Source of the DNA: Octopus bimaculoides
Lineage: Eukaryota
Direction of reading: 5' to 3'
NCBI RefSeq assembly: GCF_001194135.2
Contig: NC_069003.1
Span: forward strand, 20,058,049-20,122,048
DNA length: 64,000 nt
Position numbers and translations under genes: made by a program. The notes under the pieces were generated by a model. The model was given only the letters and a program-made list of their open reading frames with translations. It made no database searches and was not told where the DNA came from. The stretch's first letter is position 1. Each line of letters opens with the position of its first letter. Positions 1-11,900 of this stretch are shown in pieces.

Positions 1-39
1 TCGATAGACTATGCACTAATACCATCATCATATTATGTC

Positions 40-515
40 AAACTGTTTTTACGAAACCAAAATAGCTAGCTTTTATCAGTATCGATATGTTTTATTAACT
101 GCGAGTCAGTTCCGATCAGACATGAAAGTCTTTCCTCCTATGTCACTCTTCTCGCTTATTCAGACCTAGTTTACCTAGGAAAACATTTTCTAATGTCTCC
201 TCTGTTTTTAAGATAATTTGGTAAGAATTTGAGAGATTTTGCCGTTGTTTTTACGAAAACAAAATACCTAGCTTTCAGTAGTAATATCAAACAGATATCA
301 AAAGCGCTTCTACGATGACTATCCTAACAGGATAATCGTATTGTCCAAAAAGTAATAAGTTCATCATTGTTATTATTACTAGTATCTAATGTGACGTTCC
401 CGAGTTATAAACGATATGGTGTGTGATTTGAGGGACATTTTGCTGCTATGTTACGAAAGCAAAATAGCTACCTATCTCCATTATCAACAATATTTTTATT
501 AACTGCGAGTCATAC
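40..515. repeat. Degenerate ~200-bp tandem repeat next to the gap
   Basis: Motif tttacgaaa.caaaata.cta.ct recurs at ~48, ~250 and ~451; ttttattaactgcgagtca recurs at ~90 and ~494. Confidence 0.55.
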
Positions 516-577
516 GTGTGTGAATTAGAAACATTATCCAAGACGTTTCTTCCCACTGTTATTGGTTCACCTGTCAT

Positions 578-1246
578 NNNNNNNNNNNNNNNNNNNNNNN
601 NNNNNNNNNNNNNNNNNNNNNNNNNNNNNNNNNNNNNNNNNNNNNNNNNNNNNNNNNNNNNNNNNNNNNNNNNNNNNNNNNNNNNNNNNNNNNNNNNNNN
701 NNNNNNNNNNNNNNNNNNNNNNNNNNNNNNNNNNNNNNNNNNNNNNNNNNNNNNNNNNNNNNNNNNNNNNNNNNNNNNNNNNNNNNNNNNNNNNNNNNNN
801 NNNNNNNNNNNNNNNNNNNNNNNNNNNNNNNNNNNNNNNNNNNNNNNNNNNNNNNNNNNNNNNNNNNNNNNNNNNNNNNNNNNNNNNNNNNNNNNNNNNN
901 NNNNNNNNNNNNNNNNNNNNNNNNNNNNNNNNNNNNNNNNNNNNNNNNNNNNNNNNNNNNNNNNNNNNNNNNNNNNNNNNNNNNNNNNNNNNNNNNNNNN
1001 NNNNNNNNNNNNNNNNNNNNNNNNNNNNNNNNNNNNNNNNNNNNNNNNNNNNNNNNNNNNNNNNNNNNNNNNNNNNNNNNNNNNNNNNNNNNNNNNNNNN
1101 NNNNNNNNNNNNNNNNNNNNNNNNNNNNNNNNNNNNNNNNNNNNNNNNNNNNNNNNNNNNNNNNNNNNNNNNNNNNNNNNNNNNNNNNNNNNNNNNNNNN
1201 NNNNNNNNNNNNNNNNNNNNNNNNNNNNNNNNNNNNNNNNNNNNNN
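578..1246. other. Assembly gap (N run)
   Basis: 669 consecutive N; the four long X-filled ORFs in the track are artefacts of it. Confidence 0.99.
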
Positions 1247-2959
1247 AAGCAGGCTATCCACATGCTAGAAATAACAGTCAAATTTAAGCTTTTTTTCTTT
1301 CAGAATCATAATCTGTATCCTTCTGCGTACTTCGCCCCAAAAAAATTCTTTAAGAAGTGAAAACTAAAGAAATGGGGGGGGGGGGTTGAAATTGCGATTT
1401 TTGCAATTTTTTTTTTTTCCGAATCGGGATCTCCATAGCCGAGAACGTGGGTTTCTGTAAAAAAAAAAATGCCATGTACGCCGACTACTTTATTTGGCAC
1501 ACATACGGTTTCGCACCACAAGGGAGGTCACTGTGTTACAATTCTAGTTATTAATGTAGGTTATCATTGTAACTTACCTGACATGTGCACCCACAAGCGA
1601 AACTCATAGTAGCAACAGACTAACTCAACCAAAATAAAAATATTAATCTATATTACGTTATCGAGTTCCTTCCAACAGTCAACACTAAAGATGTGTATAT
1701 GTAAGAAAATGACAAAGGAATAAACGATTATCATATGAATTTCATTAGCATAAGGCTGTTTCTGCTATAAGATGTAGTGAACTCATAGTTGATTGCCTGA
1801 GTAACACTTTATAGCTTCATCAGAGCCTCGAATATGAAGTTCCTAAGACAATCGTCTATTCCTGTGATCTCATTTTCTTATTACCAGTCTATACTCGACT
1901 AATGCTTCATTCTGAAGTATATGTATATTGTTTTCTACACCGGGTTATTAGTCTCACAATGCCTAATCAAAATATATGTGTGTATATATATAGTCCTTAG
2001 GTTTTTGACATTAAACCTAAACAAGGTGAGGAGCGTTCTCAGAATTCATTAATTGAAGGGCTGGTTTTCATAAGCCATATTTTTTAAGTTGTAATATTCG
2101 TGCCTTATCCAAGAGCATGTGTAATCAAAACAAAATGATATACCTCTATATAACATTTTATTAATTCTAGTTCACCATCACAAATAAAGAGTATGTGGTT
2201 GTGCTACCTGCTAGTTGTACCATGTTTCATTTACTCAGCAACACTAGGTACAAACGTAACTGCAGTGAAGAAGCTTGGTTCCAAACCATATGGTGCTACT
2301 GTGTGGCACCTTGAGCAAGTGTTTTCTAGTATTGCACCAGCACAACCAAGGCTTTGTGAGTGGATTTGGTAGACAGAAACTGAAAGAGATCCAGTGTGTG
2401 TACATTTCAGAATTTTCGATTTGAGTCAAATACAACAAACTAGTCCAAATACTTGTTAGAATATCTGCATAAGTGGAGTCAGGACAAGTTAGTTTGTGCT
2501 GGCATCAAGTTATATAAATTGTTATCAAGTCAAACTGTTTGACTTCATTATTACTAGACTAAGAATGCCAACAGGTTTATTAATGATAGAAAATGGTGCA
2601 TCAAAACAATGAGAGAAATCAGTCAAGTAAATATATATATGTACATACCCGCAAGGTCGATGCTAGGAAGTGCAGGGCCCAATTATAGAATTGTCAGTGG
2701 GGCACTCTAACTCTTCAAAAGCTGAAGATTGATGTATGTTTCATATTATACACCAGTCCCAGCCAAAATGCATTGTGGGCAAGAGGTTCTGCCATTAGTC
2801 ACAATGATATGCTAAACAGCGTCCTCTACTCAAGCATGGGATCCAGTTTGAACAAATCTGTCTAATTGACTTAAAACTGTCCCTGCATACACAGAAATTA
2901 AGCAGTTGAACAGATACAGTTGTAATGTCTTGGCTGAAAATATTATCATCCACATTATT

Positions 2960-3305
2960 TATCTCTTTTACTTGTAGCCATGCTGGAGCACCACCTTTAG
3001 TCGAGCAAATCGACCCCAGGACTTATTCTTGTAAGCTTAGTACTTATTCTATTGGTCTCTTATGCCGAACTGCTAAGTTACGGGGACGTAAACACACCAG
3101 CATCGGTTGTCAAGCGATGTTGGGGGGACAAACACAGACACACAAACATATACATACACACACATATATATACATATATACGATGGGCTTCTTTCAGTTT
3201 CCGTCTACCAAATCCACTCGCAAGGTTTTGGTCGGCCTGAGGCTATAGTAGAAGACACTTGCCCAAGGTGCCACACAGTCGGACTGAACCCAGATCCATG
3301 TGGTT
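2960..3305 (-). mobile_element. Composite tRNA-derived SINE with internal (TA/TG)n; many copies (e.g. 5840-6120, 21530-21800, 22660-23230, 24135-24600, 35150-35550, 59030-59620, 61310-61690)
   Basis: Shared ggcaccttgggcaagtgtcttctactatagcc...gtgagtggatttggtagacggaaactgaaagaagccc body. Confidence 0.85.
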
Positions 3306-4274
3306 CGTATATATATATATATATATATATATACATGAACCGTCCACTTTTGCATGCTTGAATGGATCAGACATTTCATACAGCTGGATGCCCTTCTTTT
3401 CACCAGCCCTTACCTGTTTCCAAGTAAGGTAATATTTCACTATGCCCAGACATTGCATGGAAGTGAAAACAAAAAACAGCTCTATCATGACTCTATTGCC
3501 TGATATCAAAACAATGAGAGAGTAACACACACACACACACACACACATATAAATATACATATATATATATATATATATATAGTTCAAAAACACAATAACA
3601 AAAAAACAAAAAAACAACAAAGTGAGGACGTGATATGGATAGTATTATTGGACGCTCAGGAAAGGAAAGAGAGAGTGTATGACGTTTCGGGCGTAGCCCG
3701 TCGTCGGAAAGATGGAAAGTTCGGAGAATGGAAGAACGGAGAAAGAGGAAATATATATATATATATGAGATATCTGGTGCCACATAGAAAGCACCCAGTG
3801 CACTCTATGGAGTGGTTGGCATTAGGAAGGGCATCAAGCATGCCACAACAGATAATGGAGCCTGATGCAGCCCTTGGCCTTCCCAACTCAAACTGTCTAA
3901 CCCGTGCCAGCATGGAAAATGGAGTTGAAAGATGATGATGATGATATATACATATATATGCACACAAACACACCTTTATATATATATACACATATATTTA
4001 CATATCTATATATACACACATACCCATGCTTCTCCGTCCAACCCATGCTAGCATGGAAAACGGACATTAAAGGATGATGATGATGTATATACATATAAAT
4101 GTTTGTGTTTAGTTATGTGTGTGTGTATGTACATTCCTACCTACCCACATACATACGATAGGCTTCTTTCAGTTTCCATCTACCAAATCTACTTACAGGG
4201 CTTTGGTCAACCCTGGGTGAACAACACTTGCTCGAAGTGGATATCCATGCTAGTACATGTGTGTGTATACACAG

Positions 4275-4308
<34 letters not shown>

Positions 4309-4528
4309 GTTATATTTTACTTGTTTCAGTCATTAGACTGTGGCCATGTTAGGGCACTGTCTTGAAGAATTTTAGTCAAATGAATTGACTCCAGTACTTG
4401 TCAGTCTCTTTTTCTGAACTGCTGCATTATGGGGACATAAACACTCTAATACCAGTTTTCAAGTGGTAAGTGGAGACAAACAGAGACACAATGACACACA
4501 CATATATATATACATATAATGACACACA

Positions 4529-4567
<39 letters not shown>

Positions 4568-7500
4568 TGACACACGCGCATATACATATATATATAACAG
4601 GTTTCTTTCATTTTCCGTCTACCAGAGCCACTCACAAGGCCACAGGTTATACTTGCCAAAGGTGCCATGTAGTTGGGAAGCAAGCTTCTTACTACATTGC
4701 AACTTTTATGAAATTTGTAAATAAGGCATGAGTAATAATAGTTCGGAAATAAAGTTTAATATTTAATTTTATATTTATTTGTGTGTGTGTGTGAAATTGA
4801 TAAAATAGATATAATTTATTATAAAAATTTAGTTTCATTTTGATTAAAATCTCAACGACTTTAGAGCAAAACATCTCATTACAGTTTACCTGCATTAAGC
4901 TTATCCAATGTAACTGATTTGTTGCATTTTATTATATATAAGATAAAAAAGTTGAATGAACTTTGAAATATGAAAGACAAATAGAACACCTAAACAGAGA
5001 CACTGTTATAGCAAGCAAGTAGATACGTTGTTTGATAATTAAGCATTGTCTCAATGCTTAATTATTTCATTAAGCATTGAGACAAAAGCAATGCCAAAAA
5101 TAGACGGAATGACTTCAGCTCATATCGAATGATTTAGAAAGTATAAATCTTATACATTGGAACAAATTCAACAGCTTCAAATATTAAAGTGTTAATCACA
5201 GAAAAAGTATGTATATATATTTATACAAAAAGATGTGATATATATATTGATATATATGTATATACATATGTACTGGTGCCACATAAAAAGCACTTAATCC
5301 ACTCAGGGGTGGTTGGTGTTAGGAAGGGCATCCAGCTGTAAAAACCATTCCAAAACACAGTAGCCTAGTATAGTCTTCTGCCTAGCCAGTTCCTGTCAAA
5401 CCATCCAACCCATGTCTGCATGGAAAACTGACATTAAATGATGATGACACATGTATGCATGCATGAGAGTTAGGGTCTTGTCTTCACATTACATAATTGA
5501 TGTAAATAAATGTCACTGCTATACAGCTGTGTTCTTACTATCCAATCTGTAAAAGCATGCCTGGTCATGGGGAAATATCTTACTCGGAAACAAGTGAGGG
5601 TTAGCAACAGGAAGGGCATCTGGCCACAAAAAATCTGCCTCAGCAAATTTGTCCAAACCATGCAAGTATGGAAACTGGATGTTGAGATGTTACACAATCT
5701 TTTCTATACTTTTTGGATGTGTGGTCAAGTAGTGCACTTTGCAATTATGTGGTTTCAGATTCAATCCTCTCAGGTGAAATCTTAGGCAAATATCTTCTAC
5801 AGCTCCAAACTGACCAAAGCCTCCTCAGTGGATTTGGTTGGTAGAAAGCTTGCTTCCCAACCACATGGTTCCATGTTCAGACTCACTGTGTAACACCTTG
5901 GTAAGTGTCTTCTACTGTAGCCTTGGACCAACCAAAGCCTTGTAAGCAGATTTGGTAGACAGAAACTGCAAGAAGCACAGTGTATATGTATCTACATATA
6001 TCCATGTGTATTTGTGTTTATCTCCCACTACTGCTTGACAACCGCATTGGTGTGTTTACATCCCCATAACTTAGTGGTTCAACAAAAGAAACTGATAGAA
6101 TAAGTACCCAGCCATAATTCAATAGCTGGACCATGTAAAATAATGGTTTATGATTTAGGCCTATGGCCTGCAATTTCTGAGGTGGTGGGTAGTAGTAGTT
6201 GATAACATCAACTCCAGTATTTGACTGGTACTTTCATTGAAGCTTGCAGGGATGATTGCCAAAGTTGACTGTGGTAGGATATGATCTCAGAATCTAAAGA
6301 AGTATTGCAAGATATTTTTCCTGCTGCTCTAACAATTCTGTCTACCCACCTCCAATTTAAGCAGAAAACCAGTAGTTTTGAGGGAAGGAGAGGAAGTTGA
6401 TTATATTGGCCCTGTGTTCAACTGGCTACTTATTTTATTGACCCCTTAAGGATGAAAAGTGAAGTCAACCTCAGTGGAATTTGAACTCGGAACATAATGA
6501 GTCAGAAGAAATGCCACAAAGCATTTTATCTAGCACAATAACAACTCTGCCATTTTACCACCTTAGAAACAATTTAAATAACCATTTCTTTTATAGGCCC
6601 AAGACCTGAAATTTTGGGGAAGGGTACTAGTCAATTACATTGACCCCATTGCTCGACTGGTACTTATTTTTATTGACCCTGAAAAGATAAAAGGTAAAGT
6701 TAACCTTGGTATTTCAACCCAGGACAAAGATGGATGGCTGCTAAGCATTTTGTCCAGCGTGCTGACAATTCTGCTAGCATGCTACTTTAAGATCATACAT
6801 TCTTAACTAGGAACTGAACCCGGGCCGCCTGGAATTCTAACCACTATGCTACTGATTATTATGATTATTTCTCATGTGATTATGAATGGAATGACTAAAT
6901 CTACCTAATAATTCTGCATTTCTTTTTCTTTTGTGAATGGGGTTATATTCTACTTATTGAAATGTTTTGCATTTATAATTAACTACTGATTTTATGAATC
7001 TGTAATTAAAGATTACATTTGACAAATATTGTTTAAATGACAAAAAAAAGAGCTTTAGTACAAGTTAGCAGCTTTGTGTTGGCTGCTAATCTGAGATTAT
7101 GGCAGGTTTAAACCTCAATGCAGATAAGTGTCTGTGCTGCAGAATTTCAATTCTCTATTATCCAGCCTCTTCAGCTTGACATATTTCTCAAAGTTATTAA
7201 ATATTTTATAGAAATATCATAGGAATAAACATTTTCTCTGTGTTTTTCTGATTTACATGAGTTTTTAAAGGATTTTCAAGTATTACAAATGACGATGATG
7301 ATGATATATATATATACATGTTTGTATATATATTATATGTGTGTGTGTGTATTTATTTATAGTTTACTTGTTGCACAGGCTGTTTAAACAAAACAATTAC
7401 ACTATGTATTTGCAATGAATAATGTTTACATTACTAGAGCTGCTTTTAATTCATTATTTAATATTAATATATATATATATAAATTTTTTTTACTTGTTCC

Positions 7501-8827
7501 AACCATTGAATTATGACTATGCTGGAGCACTTTCTTCAAAGGTTTTAGTCATACAAATCAACCCTACATACTTGTTGCTAAATCTCAAATTTATTCTGTT
7601 GAGATAATTTTGCCAGCTTGTTAAATTACAGGGATGTAAATCAACACCTGTTTTCTAGTAGTGGGGGAGAGGAGAGACAGAGATGTACACAAACACACAC
7701 ATACATACATACAACTGCTTCCATGCAGTCTCTATTGAATTCTCCATCCCATCATCATCATCATAAATTATAATTTGAACTAAGGCAGTGAGTTGGCAGA
7801 ATCGTTAGCATGCCAGGCAGAATACTTAGCGGCATTTCATCTGTCTTTACATTCTGAGTTCAAATTCCACCAGGACCAGCTTTGCCCTTCATCCCTTTCT
7901 TGGGGTTGATAAAATATGTACCAGTTGTGCACTAGGGTTGATGTAATTGACTTAGCCCTTCCCCTAAAATTGCTGGTCCTGTGCCAAAATTTGAAATGAC
8001 AGTCTGTATATACTTGGTATGCCAAAAGGAACCAATGAGAAAACATTACATGCAATACAGACTATCAGTAAGTAGTGGTCATATGTTTTATTGGATCATA
8101 GGTATGCTGGAATTTCTGTCTTTGCCACAAAATACTGCATGCAAAGTATATCAGCATCAAAGAAATTGCTTTGAAGTAACAGTAGGTGAAAAATTCAAAT
8201 AGCTGCTTGCATGCTTCTAGTTTTTATCAGCCAACATCTATACTTGTGGAAGCAGGGATGGCTAGGTGTATGTAGTTTTAGACTACCTGGTTGTGAATAG
8301 ATTGCAGGTATTTCACTGTATATTGAGGACACTGCTTAATTCTACATTCTTGCAATGCTTTCTCCTGCTTACACAATATCAGTGTACATAGGTTAGCATC
8401 AAGATTCCAAGACTGATAGGGTCCTCATGCAGCCGCTCAGTGTTCCCATGCTTTTAAGATGGCACTGGGTCAAGGGGCTATTTTATCTCATCTGCTTTAT
8501 GTGAAGGAGCCAGATCTAAAGCTGTCTTAGTATTTAGATCATCTTCATTGTTTTAACATCCACTTTTCCATGCTTGTTTGGGTCAGATGGAATTCATTAG
8601 GGCAGATTTTCTAAGGCCAGATACTCTTCCTTTTGTCAAACCCTTGTTTCTATGTAAGGTAATATTCCCCTATGGCCAGATGTGTTTTACGTGAAAGGGT
8701 GAAACAACATTGCATATATTACTGTGACATTCATTTACAATCATCACATGGTGCCAAGGCAAGGGATGGACACATACATTTGTATATGTAAGTGTGTGTG
8801 TTTTTTATGTTTCATATTTTCTGTCTG

Positions 8828-8846
8828 TTCCTTAACCCTGTCTTAA
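8828..8846 (+). promoter_or_regulatory. TM2D1: U12-type branch point and putative non-canonical (AA) 3' splice site
   Basis: TTCCTTAAC at 8828-8836, 11 nt before exon start ATAT; nearest AGs are at 8791 and 8879. Confidence 0.65.
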
Positions 8847-8926
8847 ATATGTCTGTGATGAACCAATCATTGATTCAAAGACACAACAAGCCAAGAACTG
8901 TGACCAAGAAACAAGAACTGTTGTTG
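8847..8926 (+). CDS. TM2D1: TM2D1 coding exon (YVCDEPIIDSKTQQAKNCDQETRTVV)
   Basis: 80 nt; donor G|GTAAGT at 8927; preceded by TTCCTTAAC U12-type branch point, no AG acceptor. Confidence 0.85.
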
Positions 8927-11900
8927 GTAAGTTTGCATTTAAGATATTGCGTCTTCTATCCCAGTGTATGTAGAACTAAAAATGAGAAGGGAAGAGGGCA
9001 GGTCAGGCATTGTTGATAATTCCAGTAACTCACTCATTTGAAAGAAGTAAGCAACAAAGGAGGGGTTTGTGCCCCCAGACTCTGCAAACCCTCCAAGGTT
9101 GGTGAAATCACCACAGTTAGTGTGAGCTTTGAATAGCAGCAACTTGATAGTATCAGGAGAATTTCCTAATGGGATAATGTTTTGGGGAGGAAATACTAGA
9201 AAAATTGGTATGTGCAAGGCCTAGTGAAGTTAGGGTGGTGAGGTGATACAAGTGGATTGGGTGGGCCTGAGTGGAAATGGCATACCTATCTACTAAAGGT
9301 CCGTTAGCACTGAGGAGCTGACATCATTCATCATCATCATTTAACATCCGTTTTTCATGCTGGCATTATTAGATGGTTTGACTGGAGCTGTAAGCCACAG
9401 ACCTGCACCAGGCTCCAGTCATCCGTTTTTGGCTTGGTTTCTACAGCTAGATGCCCTTCTTAATGCCAACTACTTTACAGAGTGTACTGGGTACCTTTTA
9501 CGTGTCACCTGCACAGGTGCTTTATACATATCACCAACATGGGTGCCTTTTATGTGTCACTGGCACGCGTGCCTTTAGTAAAAGAAGCAGTGAAAAGACT
9601 GCAGGTGTGTGTACCAGAGGCTGGAAACCTTCAACCCCAGTCTCTAGTTTGAGATTAGCTCTACATCTCAATGTACTGTCTCATACGGCACTTTCTTTGT
9701 GTAGTGCCACAAACTTGAAGAGTACAAGCACAAGTGGTTCTCCAACTTTTTAAGGATTCATCAAAAGCTGCAAAGTAGTCTTACATAGGACAGAAAGAGT
9801 TGGTGATAATTGAAAGTTCAATACTTTCTTTATCCTGTTGACTGTATTAACAGGAACCAAGTCCTAATAGAATTTTTATAATGAAATTTTCTGGTAATTT
9901 TTTTTAAAGGTGTTTTCTATGTATACTTGCACATGTTTTTATCTCTGCTCGCTTTATCAACTCCTTCAACACTCCAACCCAGAAATATCAATTCTTTAGT
10001 TGTATCAGTTTTACAAAATTAATACATGTAATCTGGATGATTATCAACTTTTTGTTTTCAAAGTCTGAGTCATTTAGTAAGATATTTTTAAAATGGAATC
10101 TTACTTTTCCCATTGTTATTATCTAATACTTATAAAATTATTTATCTAATCATTTTGCAGTGACATGTCGAACAGCTCCAAATATTACCTGTCGTGGAGA
10201 ATCAAAGAATGAATCACAGAAATTTACAAGACACCTACCCTGTAAATGGACGTAAGTCCTGGAGATTTTAATTTTCCTTCTGTTTATTATATTAAATTAT
10301 CATTATCATCTAAGATCTATTGTCCATGCTGGCATGAGTTGGACAGTTTGACCAGGGCTCGTAAGCTGAGGAGCTGCACCAGACTTCAATCTGATTTGGC
10401 ATGGTTGCTACAGCTGGATGCCCTTCAAAATGCCAACTACTCCAAAAGTATAGTGGGTGCTCTTACATGCCACTGGCATAGGTGCCAGTTGTGTGACACC
10501 GGTATTTGCCACGACTATGATTTCACTTGGCTTGCTGAGTCTTCTTCTCAAGCACGGTATATTGCCAAAGGTCTTGGTCATTTGTCATTGGCTCCATGAG
10601 GCCCAACGTTCAAGAAATGCTTTTTACATGCCACTGGCATTGGCCACATTGCCTCACATTTCAGAGTCAGAGCACAATGTCTACCAAAGACATACATTTT
10701 TGATTCTTCATCATCATACCAACAGCTTCTTTCTGCACCCCTATGATCTATTCCTTCTTTGTAATGAGTGAAAATGAACTCAAAACCACAAGGTTGGGAA
10801 GTAAACTTCTTGACCACATGCCTATATCATCATCATTTAACGGCCATGTCCTACCATTCATGCCAGTATGGTATAGGTTGGATGGGTTGACAAGGATCCA
10901 GTATGTCCAGGCACTACATCATGCTCCATGGACTGCTTTGGCATGGTTTCTATGGCTTGATGCCCTTCCTAACACCAGGCACTTTACAGTGTGTACTGGG
11001 TGCAATTTCTGTGTCACCAGCACTATTGGGATTGCCATGCAGCACTGAGAGAAGAAGTTGAGGTCAGAGTAAGTTCTTGTTATGAAGGAGCTGCATGGCT
11101 ACTCACAATTAGGAGAGAGAGAATGAGAATTGGTGGTGTCTCTAAAGAGATAACGATGGAGATGAGATGTCTGGATGGCACCTCAAGGTACAAGGTGAGC
11201 AGTAGTGAGTGGGGATGCAGTAGCTTGGAGTGTGGGTTGGGGTTGCAAGAGTGTATGAGGGGGAGAGGGACATCAGTAAAGATTGGAATGGGTTGAAAGG
11301 AGGGGGTGCATTAACTGGGGAAGGTAGGGGGTGCTAGCAGCAGCATGGTAATGGTGATATAGTTGACAGGAAGAGGAAAGAGATGACTTGCTTGAGTAGG
11401 TTGTTGGAGTGAGGTAGAGAGAGATGATAAAGTAGAACATAGGATTTGGAGAGGATCAAGCAGAACCCACTGTAAGTACTCCTGCAAGGAATTAGCTATC
11501 AGTTTACATAGTAATTAAATGGCAATGTGTATGCATAAGGATTGTGATATCTGGCACCTTGCTGTACTCAAGAAGACACATCTGCCATAGCAGAATTGAT
11601 ACCAATGCTAGTGCTACATAAAAAGCACCCAGTAAACTGTGGAGTGGTTGGTGATAGGAAGGGCATCCAACCGTAGAAACCATGCTAGAACTTTTCATAG
11701 AGCTTGATGCAGCTCCTGGCTTTACCAGCTCCAGTAAAACCATCCAACCCATGCCACCTCGGAAAATGGACATTAAATGATGATGATGGTATGAAAAAAA
11801 AAAAAAACAAATTGCCACTCATGATGAATAAAATGGAGACAGCATCAAAATATATAAATTATTTTTCTTAATGACTTTCTGAATGTCATTAGCATAAAAA

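Noticed and set aside
446-1287. Four long ORFs in the track
   Set aside because: They consist of X residues across the N gap.
1315-1324. GTATCCTTCT as the missing U12 donor of TM2D1
   Set aside because: Upstream sequence does not encode a signal peptide or the C..L..GQ motif, and it sits 11 nt after an AG in repeat-like sequence.
11180-11335. G-quadruplex-forming G-rich tract
   Set aside because: Irregular G-runs with long loops within what looks like an old C-rich LINE fragment on the minus strand.
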